Source of the DNA: Guillardia theta CCMP2712
Lineage: Eukaryota; Protista; Cryptophyta
Length of the DNA stretch: 51,350 bases
Direction of reading: 5' to 3'
NCBI RefSeq assembly: GCF_000315625.1
Contig: NW_005434462.1
Location: 1 to 51,350 of the forward strand
Under the pieces are notes generated by a model that saw nothing but the letters and a program-made list of their open reading frames with translations, was not told where the DNA came from and searched no databases. A program made the position numbers and the translations under genes. Position 1 is the first letter of the stretch. Every line of letters begins with the position of its first letter. Positions 13,901-24,900 of this stretch are shown piece by piece.

Positions 13901-16900
13901 GTTCAACATCGACATCCCTGCCGGCTCCTCCATGCTCCTCACCAGCTTCAGAAGTTTCTCATCCCCCTCCTCCTCCTTCGCTCTCGTCGGACCCAGCGCC
14001 AGCCTCTTCTCCTCAAGCTCGACGGTCGCGGTGGTGGATCAGACTGCCCTGCTCAACGTGCTGCTAGTGACGGCAACGACGATCAAGGCCGGGCAGAACG
14101 TGGACTTCTCCTTCTACCTGCGGAACCCCGACTGCTCGGTGAGAGATGTTGGGACAAGATAAGAGGGGCAAGTGAGAGGGAGAGGAGGGCAGGGAGGAAG
14201 GAAGAGAAGGGCAGGGAGGAAGAGAAGAGGAGGGCAGGGAGGAAGAGAAGGGCAGAGAGGAAGAGAAGTGCAGAGAGGAAGGAAGAGAAGGGCAGGGAGG
14301 AAATGGTTATTTGACTCGCAGTCTCAGGTCGCCTCCTTCTGTCGAGGAGCGATCGTTCAGCTTCAGGTCACAGGAGAAGTCTCGATCCCTCCGACCAGCA
14401 TGGACGGAGGTCTCGTCATGAACGCGGGGGCGAAACTCTCGTGGGTCGTCAAGACTGTCCGCGAGACAACATCGCTCGGGTACACCTCTGCCCTCCCCCT
14501 CCTCTCCCATCCTCCTCCTCTCCCCTCCTACTTGTGATATCCTCACGATCTCTCTCGCAGCTCGGAGTGGAACTCGCTCATCGTGCGTCTGGTCCCGTCG
14601 GCTCCTCTCTTCCAGGGCTCCATCCTCTCCCTCTCGGGTCTCTTCCCCCCCGGCGTGACTCTCATCCCCCCCATGTGCTTCCAGTGCGACAAGTCGGCCG
14701 GCTGGACCCTCGGCATGGGCTGCTCATCCTTATGTGCCGCCTGTGACAACCCAGCCTTCCCGCTCGACCCGGGCAGATGCGCCGTCATCGCCGACCTCCA
14801 GGGCAACCCGCACCCCTCCTTCGTCTCCTCCCTCGGCTTCTTCTCAGCTGACGGGACCCTCGTGATGACCCTCAGCTCGGGTCACTCGATCTCCGACGCC
14901 GACGGCCTTGAGTTCGCCATCCGCCTCAAGAACAGCGCCGCTCCCCAGCTGCGAAGAGAGTGTAACGTCCTCACTTCCTCCAACTGCCTTCAAGTTCGCG
15001 CTTCCTCTGTCCGCCTCTGCGAACCCCTCGGCCCGCCCAGCACGGGCTGTACTGAGACGGACACCTTCGAATCGACGGGCTCAGATGCTGTGGACGCGCA
15101 GGGGCAGCAGCTCTACGACACGTGCGGCACCTGCCTGCGTCCTGCCGACCTCTACGAGGTCAACCTGGTGCTCTCTGCGATCCACTCTCTGGTGCTGCAG
15201 GAGGTGCGCGCGTATCCTCCCTCCCTCGCTCGCCTCCCCGTCTACCAGCAGGGCACCATCAACACCGGGCAGTACCAACTCCAGCTGAAGGTGAGCAACT
15301 GGCTGGGAATGACGAGCACAGGGGTCCTCAGGTTCGTCAAGGAGCAGGGGACGAACTGGCTCTACTTCTCGGGGGTCCCTCAGCCAACCATCTTCATCCA
15401 GGACTCCCGCGCGCTGCTGCTGGGCAGGGACCAGCAGCTCCAGCTGACGGCCATGGCCAAGGCTGCCGACTGCCTCGCCTCCGCCTCCTCCGACGCCCTG
15501 AGGTACCAATGGGGGCTCACGTGCGTGGAGGGCATGTGCCTCCGGCGACCCCTCCCGCTCTCGAGCCTCGTGCTCTCCGACTCCACCCGCATCCTCCAGG
15601 TGCTGCCCCTCAAGCTCGCCGCCGACTCCAAGTACAGCTTCAGCTGCGAGGCTCAGCAGAGCTCCATCGCCCGGGACCCGAGGAGAGGCAACCCCTCGGC
15701 TACCGTCTCTCTCTCCATCCCCATCCGCCCGCTCCTCGTCTCCTTCTCCGGCATCAGCTCAGGGGGTCCCATGCCCGCCGCCTCCTCCATCCTCCTCACC
15801 GCCAAGGTCACGGACCCTGAGGCGGACATGACGGGCCTGAACAGCCCCGGAGGCTTCAGCTACTCGTGGGGTTGTGCTCAACGCGAGCTGACCGGCGACT
15901 GCTCCTCCTCCCTCCTCTGCGCCTCCCAGCAGAGCGTCGCCTGCGAGCAGGGGACCCTGGTGGTCAGCCAGCTGGGGTCGACGGTGACGATCAGCTCGGG
16001 GCGGCTGAAGGCGGGGAAGGTGTACGAGGTGTCGCTCAACGTGACCCGCAAGCTCCTCATGGTCTCCACCCTCATCTACGACCCCAACAAGCCGACCGAC
16101 TCTGTTCCCCCCCTCTGGTTCCAGCAGACCTCCACCAGCGACTGGTTCTACACCGTCAGCGCATCCAGCCTGCCTGCCGTCTCCCTTCAGCTCTGCTCCA
16201 GCTTGTACCTCGGGAAGCCTCAGCTGTGCCAGGACGGGAAGACGAGCGACCTGATGATCAACGCGGACGACAAGCTCGTGCTGGACGCGACGGTGACGGC
16301 GAGCACGGCGATCGTGAGCTATGAGTGGTCGACCGAGAGCCTGGGGTCGAGGAAGATGCTCGACCCGTCGCTGCTCCAGTCAAAGTCCTCCGTCAGTCGC
16401 GTCGTCCTCTCACCCAACATTTTCGTGCCCGGCAAGACTGTCCTCCTCCGCCTCGACGCCAGGGACTCGCTCGGCCTCACTGGCTTCGCCCGCTTGCAGC
16501 TCACCGTCCGCCTCCCTCCCTCCGGCGGCGACTTCGTCGTCAGCCCCTCAGCTGGGGTCTCGCTGACCACGAGCTTCTCGCTGGCCGCGGAGGGGTGGGG
16601 AGCGAACCCAGAGGATCTGCCGCTGGAGTACGAGTTTGCCGCTGCCGTCGTCCTCCCCTCCTCCTCCCTCGCCACCTCCCTCCGTCTACAGCCGCGGCTC
16701 TCTCTCAGTAGTCAACACCAGCCTGCCGCTGCTCGATGGGCAGCAGGTGAGGTTGACGATGACGGTGAGGAACTTCTTTCAGACGCCTGCCAAGCTCTCG
16801 CGGCTCGTCTCCATCTCGTCGCCCTCCTTCGCTGCCACGTCGCTCGCGTCCATGATCGACCTCGCCCTCACCTCCCGCGTCCAGCGTCTCTTCCGCATTG

Positions 16901-17961
16901 CTGACGTCCAGGCCGTTCAGGTGGAGCTCGCGAATCTGGCCATGTTCATGAACCGCGTGCCTCCCTGCCTCACCTCCCCGTCCTCCAACTGCTCGGGGAG
17001 CCTGGATGAGCGGCGGGGGTACCGAGGGAAGCTGCTGCTGGCGCTCAAGCAGGCGAACCTGTCGCTCATCCCAACCCCCGAGACCCTTCAGACGCAGGCG
17101 ACGGTGGTAGCACAGATCCTGGAAAAGCCGGAGGAGCTCGACTTGGAGCTCACCAGCTTCGCCTCCAGCATCGTCTCCAGCTGCATCCATTCCTACCGCT
17201 ACAACCTCGGTGACGTGGCAGTGGACATGCAGGAGGCTGCCAAGATGCTGACGGCAGCGACGACCAACTTGCTCCATGCCCTCCATGTCGTGACGAGGCA
17301 GAGCAGGAGGAGGCTCCTCTTACCGTCCTCCTCCTCTGCGCAGGAGGATCACCTGCGAGCGCTGACCGTCACGCAATCTCTGCAGTTGAGCGTCTTGAGG
17401 AACGTGGCAGCGATCTCGTCGCTCTCCGTCTCTCAGTCGGACGTGAACTCGCTTCCTGTGGTGCTTCAGACCCCTCGCCTCACCATCAACACTTCCCGCG
17501 TCCCCTCCTCCTACCTCGACGGCAACGGCTGGCTCGCGCAGGTGCAGGGCTCGACCGCTGTCACCGCCAACATCCCCAACACCTTCACCGAGCTCTTCAA
17601 GCGCAAGTACGACAGCTACGAGATCATGCTCGCTGTATGGAACGACTCGTTCACCGACGAGCTCGCGCTGCCTTCCAGGAAGGGTCCCTTCCTCGCCCTC
17701 GACGTCCGCCCCTTCGGATCTGCGGACACCATCGCGCTCCTCCCCGACCTCCCCAAGGAGCCGATCAAGATTCAAGCTCCCGTCCTCCAGCCCATAGACT
17801 CCTCCGTCTCCTCCACCACCGGCACCAGCTTCTCGGCCTTCGGGGCTGCGCTAGACACAAGCAGCTGGAGTTGGAGCACGTCCAACATCAAGCTAGTCAA
17901 CGTGCTGTTTGACGTGGCTGTCTTCTCAGTGATCTCTTTCAACTTCTTCTCTCTCATCCAG
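4966..17961 (+). CDS. Giant secreted/surface protein: signal peptide, about 10 Ig-like repeats, further beta-rich repeats, PKD/REJ module and GAIN-like region. The 3' end is lost in a gap.
   Basis: Hydrophobic leader LVALSLLLLALPPSLPQQ. Repeated QP-x-V...D..GN...G-x-A-x-FTDL units. REJ signature RLPPSGGDFVVSPSAGVSLTTSFSLAAEGWGANPEDLPLEYEF. Long ORFs 6348-10901, 10895-12814, 14583-16904 and 16636-18249 share codon style and are mostly joined by short introns. Confidence 0.8.
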
Positions 17962-18192
17962 GTGTATCCTCTCCCCTCCCTCCCCTCCCTCCCTCCCTCC
18001 CTCCCCTCCCCTCCCTCCCTCCCTCCCCTNNNNNNNNNNNNNNNNNNNNNNNNNNNNNNNNNNNNNNNNNNNNNNNNNNNNNNNNNNNNNNNNNNNNNNN
18101 NNNNNNNNNNNNNNNNNNNNNNNNNNNNNTCCTCCTCCTCCTCCTCTCCCCCCCCAACCCCCTTTTTGCTCCTGCTGCTCGTGCTCCTCCTC

Positions 18193-18998
18193 TTACAACA
18201 GGAACCCGCCGACTCCGCAGCGAGCCGGCCACACGGAGCGATGATCTAAGCCCGCCTGCTCCTGCGAGGTCTGTGAGAGACGGAGGAGGAGGGACGAGAC
18301 TGAGACCTCCCAGGGGAAGAGAAACTCGAGAGGAGAGGCAGCGAGCTTGGCCTTCTCCTCAGCTTCTTTCAGCATCCTTACCAGATGCTCGTCCTCAGGG
18401 TCCTGCAACCATATCAACCCTCCTCTGCCCCTCATCTCGCGGACACCTGCTCGCTGGCTCTGCGATAATCGTCGGCTGCCAGCTGCCATCGGCCCTGGTA
18501 CCTGACCTTGGCATCAGTCTTCTTCCTCCTTCTCCCTCAGGGTCACCGAGACACTTCGGCTCGTCGGAAGTAAGCCTTGCTCCATCGCGGGCAAAGCCGG
18601 CAACACTCGCTCGCGTCCTGACGCTTATCACGCGCTCATCGCCCTTGCCCTCCTCTCACCTCCATCGCCTTGTCCAGGTAGCCAGCCTTCAGGTTTGCCA
18701 TCGACCTGTTGCTTAGCACCTGCACGTCTCTCACCCTCCTCCTCCTCCTCCTCTCCTCCTCTTCATTCTCCTGCTCCTGCTTCTCACCAGCGCCGCTTGT
18801 CCTTCAGGCTGAAAGTAATGGGAGGGAGCATTGCGAAGGGCTTCTGTATACTGCTTGATGGCGAGGTGCCACTGAAGGAGAAGAATCAACCACATGAGCG
18901 AGGGGAGACGGAGAGACCTCAAGGGCTTTCACCGCTTCGTTCCCCTGCTGCTTGTGCTCTAAGAACAGCTGCTCCTTCTTTGAGAGGGCGTCTGACAT
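18193..18998 (-). CDS. Small TPR-repeat protein (STI1/TTC-like three-TPR unit)
   Basis: Spliced exons EHKQQGNEAVKALE / WHLAIKQYTEAL / VLSNRSMANLKAG / DASECCRLCPRWSKAYFRRAE / WQLAADDYRRASEQ / DPEDEHL follow the TPR consensus. The 3' end is uncertain. Confidence 0.8.
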
Positions 18999-19743
18999 GG
19001 CTCCTTCCCTCCCGTCACTCACTCTTCACCTCGCTGTCTCTGAGGCTTCAAGGCTTCATGGCCTGGACTAGCCACGTGAGCACCTGACCATCAACAACCT
19101 TCGCCCTCATCTCGATCCTCTCATCCACCCCTCCCTCCCTCTCCTTCCCATGCGCTCCACTTTGCTTCCCCCTGTCACCCCCCCCTCTCTTCTCTCTCCT
19201 CTCTCTCTCTCTTCTATCCCTCCTCTCTTCTCTTCCCTCCTCTCCTCTCTCCTCTATCTCCTCTCTCCTCTATCTCTCCTCTCTCCTCTCCTCTATCTCT
19301 CCTCTCTCCTCTCTTCTCCTCTCTTCTCTTCTTCTCTATCCCTCCTCTATTGAAACCCGACAAACCCGCCTCAACAAAATTTAGCTCGTTGCCACCACAG
19401 CATCCTTGAGTGCGGCAGTGGTCAGCCACGTCTCTTTCAAGTTATGAACTTGACTTGAAGCCCAACACTGACCATGAGGGCGGAAGTTCACAAATCACTC
19501 AGGCTGCCATCACCACGCGCCATCCCTCAGCGGCGACGTTCTTCAAGTTCCCCCTGGCTAGGCATAGCAAGAGAGCATCCGCCTCAGTCACAAGACTCGA
19601 GAGATCAAAAAGGCAGTGTTGTGCGGGTAGAGAGATTGGAAATGAGTATCTGCCTTTTGCTTTGTAAGGCGGACTGGACTGAGGCGGACTGGTTCTGTCT
19701 TACCCTTAGCTGAATGTTGAGTAAACATTGAAGGAGTATCAGC

Positions 19744-21787
19744 ATGGCCGCAGCGACGTTGCTAGCTTTGCTGGCCCACATGCTGTTGGTGGCTCGAGAA
19801 GCTACTCATGGCACAGTGAGCCTAGAGCCAAGAGGATCGCACCTCTGTCTTGCTTCCAGTCTCACTGCTACCGTAAACATGATGCCGCCGCTTGCGAAGC
19901 TCCGTGGTGGTCGCCCTTCGGACGATGGTCGCCCTTCGGACCAAAGGAAGAAGATCAGAACCAGCAAGGATGAGCAGGAGAAAGCCGAGCTCCGGGCTCA
20001 GGAGAAGCCATTGAAAGCCGAGCTCGAGATCGAGAGACAGAGGCTGGAACTAAAACAGATACGGGCGAGGATCATGGCGAGCAAGGATGAGGAGGAGAAA
20101 GCCGAGCTCCGGGCTCAAGTGACGCGAAGAGAGGATTATTTGCGAAGGCTTATACTACTCAGCTTGGGTCATGTGGATGACCCACTGTACCTTTTCTACG
20201 ATGAAAGTAAGCAGTCAAGAGATTTGCTTGATTTTGTATGATGAATCGTTTTGAACAGGTAAGGATCAAGAATTTGTGTTTCTCACCGGGCTGTGGAATA
20301 CATCTTGTTCGAGAAGCATCGATGCCAATCAAACCACTGTTCGTTTGCCGGAAGGAGCAAAACTGCTTGGTGGAAACGAGCTTTTGATACGTGAGTGCTA
20401 CCGTGATGTCAAGGATATCATTGCGATGAACTTTGGGTTGGACCCGGAAACATTGAAACCAAGAGAAGATCGCACATCTTTTGAATCAATAATCATTATG
20501 GGCAACCCAGGGATTGGAAAGTCTTGTTTTGCTTTTTATTTGCTCCTGTATTTACTTCAGACAGGAGAGAGCGTCTACTATCAACGCGGAGACGATCACT
20601 TTCATTTCAAGGAAGGCACTTGGTTTCGTGTGAAGAATAACGCAATGATCCGAGAGACAATTTTGTTCAAACACAGAGGTTGGTATCTCTGCGACCTTTA
20701 CCCGGAGGTGTCAACGTATTTTTGTGCTGGATATACCAAGAACATCATCATCTCCTATCCCAAACAGCGTGTTTTCAAAACTTTGTTGAAGGATGGCAGA
20801 GCCAAACGGTTCTTCATGCCGGTGTGGACGGACGACGAGATGGCTATCTTTCAAGAGCTGCACAAGACACGCTTAGATGCTGCAGTGGCACAACAAACTA
20901 TCGAGACTTGGGGAAACATCCCCAGAATGCTTTTAGAGAGTTCAAACTCCACTTTGATTCGGGAAATTCAAAAATTCACTAGGGAAGTTCAAAAATTCAC
21001 TAGCATTGGAGATTTGGATGACAAGGTCAGAGCTGTGTATGATCAAGATTTCGATCTCCCTTCGAATCTTGTACACCTTGTTCCAAGCCCAACATACGAT
21101 TCCGTAAAGGCTCAGATCTGCTCAGAACATGCGAAGGTTTTGATTTCCAAGTGGATGATCAAGCGCGATCTCGATATGGCGTTAAAAGTTGCCTTCAGCC
21201 AGCCTTATAGTGATCGCGTTCTTTCAAATGGGATTCTGTTTGAATTTCTTTCGCACCCCGTTCTCAGGAAAGAAGGGAAAAGAAAGGCAAGGAGGTTGGG
21301 GGAGGGGCATGATGACAGCACTCTCAATGAGATTGAATTGATGAGAAGTAAACTTGTGGAATTCTCGGGAGGACCTGAAAGTTTGAATCGCCATCTACAG
21401 AATAGGACGTACTACAAGCCTTTATCCAAGACTTTCCTATGCGTGGATGCGTTGATGCTGTCCGAGACACCAGGAGAGCTGTATCTATTCCGGATAACAA
21501 CGGCAAAGCAGCACCCCGTGCTTTATGGACCATTGTATGACATTCTTGCCAACATTACTGTTTTGAACAAAGTCAGGAAAGCGAATTTGATCTTTGTCCT
21601 CCCAGAAGTTCGAGCCAATACGGCAGGTTGGCAGCATGCACAAACCTTGTCAATCGAGACAGAGCCGAGCAAACAACGAGGGAGTTTGGAAGACCTTGGG
21701 ATTGAGTTGGTGCAAAGTGTGATGTTTCTGTCTGAGGGAGATGCACGGGAGTGTGTGGGAGGCCTAGATCTCTCGCTCGAAGGATAA
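19744..21787 (+). CDS. Crinkler/RHS-type protein: signal peptide, LRGG motif, coiled coil, P-loop NTPase and restriction-endonuclease-fold domain; join(19744..20206,20259..21787), about 663 aa
   Basis: GT-AG intron 20207-20258 joins the two ORFs in frame. Walker A IIIMGNPGIGKSCF followed by YLLLYLL; FFMPVWTDDE; WGNIPR; GILFEFLSH; REase-like YYKPLSKTFLCVDAL...LFRITTAKQHPV...LIFVLP. Confidence 0.85.
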
Positions 21788-21912
21788 GCCCCACCAGCTC
21801 GTAAAAATCAATGAAACTCTTCTCGACTTGTTTCCTTGTAGGCCTTATCTTTCAACCATTAGCAGCCTTGCAGGTTTCAATGAGTGTAGATCTCTTTCAG
21901 TCGTGATCTTCT

Positions 21913-24900
21913 ACTTTTTACCTTCTGCGAGTAAACCTCTAGTACTCCATCCGACCCGACAGCCCTGAATTCAACTCGAGGGTGACTGCGTTGCTGCACA
22001 TCATCTCCAGACCTGCAAACGCCGATCCTCCAAGCTTCCCACGGCGCATGACAACCTTACTCGTACGATTCGGTCGATGCTGAACGAAGCTGGTCTTCAG
22101 AGCGTCATCGATACAGTGGGGGATCCTCGTTCTCGACGGCAGGTACCCTCCCATCCTCATGGCCGCAAGATGAAGGGCGATATCCACATCCCTGGAATCC
22201 GCGATCGAGGGTCCGAGCAGTACGAGGGCTTGATGGCGGACGTGACGTTGGTCCACCCTTACATTGGTAGCTCTGCCGACCTGACCAAGTGGGGGGAGGT
22301 CAACCTCGACGCCCTCCATGTTGCAGCGTCTGAGAAGATTCGCAAACATCGCGCTGCATATGCTATGACTACTCCTCGAGCGTTCATCCCTCTTGCCATC
22401 TCGACGGACGGTACCCTGCATCCTGACACCCTCCGCTTCATCTGGTATCTCGCGGACATCATTGCTCAGCGCTCGATGCCTCTTGAGGATGCGGCGTTTG
22501 GTCGGCACTTCGTGCCTGATGACGGACATGCTGCTGAGGTCTTAGCTCGCAAACGCGCCGCCACCTATCAGCGCCTCACTATGCAGCTGACGCTGGAAGC
22601 GCTCTTGTCTGGTGCGAGGCGCATGACGCCCTTGCGGGCGCAAGCACTTCTCGAGCCAGAGGACAGCTCCTCCTCGGACTTTGTCGAGTCGCCCGAAAGG
22701 AATAATAGGATTTACTGGCGGTTCAGCTTGTTCCTGCTTTGTTTTGCTTGAGGCCCTTTTTATCTTCTGCCAGTAAATCCTATATCCTCCTGGCAGAAGG
22801 TAAAAAGTGCCTCGCGGCTTCGCGCTTGGGCTGGCGCTGCCGCGTCTGGGTGCCAGCAGTGCTGGTTCTTTTCGGGCTTGTGTTTTGTGTGTGATTGTGC
22901 AGCTTCTCGCTGTGGACTGTGTGCCTGGAGGTTTAGGTTGTTCCTGCTTTGTTTTGCTTGAGGCACTTTTTATCTTCTGCCAGTAAATCCTATAGTTTCT
23001 CAAGCAAAACAAAGCAGGAATGCCAGTCGNNNNNNNNNNNNNNNNNNNNNNNNNNNNNNNNNNNNNNNNNNNNNNNNNNNNNNNNNNNNNNNNNNNNNNN
23101 NNNNNNNNNNNNNNNNNNNNNNNNNNNNNGACCGGCGTGACCCGACCGATGCCGGGGAGGAAGCAGGCGAGCTCGGACCAGCAGCAAGCACCCCAGTGGT
23201 GTCGAGCTCTCCGGAGGAACCCGACGTCACAGTGAGGGACGGAGACGCCTCGCCAGCTCCGCGCCGAGGGGGAAGTATAGGATTTACTGGCAGAAGGTAA
23301 AAAGTGCCTCAAGCAAAACAGAGGGGTCCGAGTCAAGGCGAGAGTACGGTAGGATTTACTGGCAGAAGGTAAAAACACAAAACACAAGCCCGAAAAGAAC
23401 CAGCACTGCTGGCAACCGTCAGCAGACCCGGCATCGCCAGCCCACACGCGAAGCCGCGCAGACAAGCAGCCTAAGGGTCAGGCAATCAAGCAACAAGCAG
23501 CAGGAGCATGCAGGAGGAATAACATCCCTTACCCGGAAGCAGCCGACTGACCACTGTCAGTCGAGACGTCCGCTGCCGCCACAAAGCGGGCGGCCGCGGA
23601 CGGAGAAAGGGCAGCCGCCGACAAGGAGCCGGCGCTGCCCGGGGGTCCGATCCGCCTGGGGCAGCGGACGGAGGGAGGCTGGACACATGAACACGGTACC
23701 GCTCGAGGTAGTCCTCCTCGCTAGCCTCCGAGTCAGCGGTAGCCGAGTCAGTGGTAGCCGCCCGTGACGGCGGCGACGCCGCGGCAATGCCCAAGGACCG
23801 GCGTGACCCGACCGATGCCGGGGAGGAAGCAGGCGAGCTCGGACCAGCAGCAAGCACCCCAGTGGTGTCGAGCTCTCCGGAGGCACCCGACGTCACAGTG
23901 AGGGACGGAGACGCCTCGCCAGCTCCGCGCCGATCGTCGGGGCCACTCGAAGGGAGGTATAGGATTTACTGACTCGAAGGGTGTCCCCCATCGGAGTCGG
24001 AGACCTCCGGCGAAGACTCCTCGGGCGACTCGACAAAGTCCGAGGAGGAGCTGTCCTCTGGCTCGAGAAGTGCTTGCGCCCGCAAGGGCGTCATGCGCCT
24101 CGCACCAGACAAGAGCGCTTCCAGCGTAAGCTGCATGGTGAGGCGCTGATAGGTGGCGGCGCGTTTGCGAGCTAAGACCTCAGCAGCATGTCCGTCATCA
24201 GGCACGAAGTGCCGACCAAACGCCGCATCCTCAAGAGGCATCGAGCGCTGAGCAATGATGTCCGCGAGATACCAGATGAAGCAGTATAGGATTTACTGGC
24301 AGAAGACGCGGAGGGTGTCAGGATGCAGGGTACCGTCCGTCGAGATGGCAAGAGGGATGAACGCTCGAGGAGGAGTAGTCATGGCATATGCAGCGCGGTG
24401 TTTGCGAATTTTCTCAGACGCTGCAACATGGAGGGCGTCGAGGTTGACCTCCCCCCACTCCGGTCCTTGGGCATTGCCGCGGCGTCGCCGCCGTCACGGG
24501 CGGCTACCACTGACTCGGCTACCGCTGACTCGGAGGCTAGCGAGGAGGACTACCTCGAGCGGTACCGTGTTCCTGTGTCCAGCCTCCCTCCGTCCGCTGC
24601 CCCAGGCGGACCCCCGGGCAGCGCCGGCTCCTTGTCGGCGGCTGCCCTTTCTCCGTCCGCGGCCGCCCGCTTTGTGGCGGCAGCGGACGTCTCGACTGAC
24701 AGTGGTCAGTCGGCTGCCTCCGGGTATCGCGTCTAAGGGATTTTATTCCTCCTGCATGCTCCTGCTGCTTGTTGCTTGATTGCCTGACCGTTCGGCTGCT
24801 TGTCTGCGCGGCTTCGCGCTTGGGCTGGCGATGCCGCGTCTGGGTGCCAGCAGTGAACAAGCTAAACCTCCAGGCACACAGTCCACAGCGAGAAGCTGCA

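Noticed and set aside
13032-14067. Long poly-X ORFs across N gaps (also near 3110, 18030, 23030 and 50632)
   Set aside because: Assembly-gap artefacts.
6587-17775. Many overlapping and antisense ORFs inside the REJ gene
   Set aside because: Shadow ORFs expected from high GC3 codon usage.
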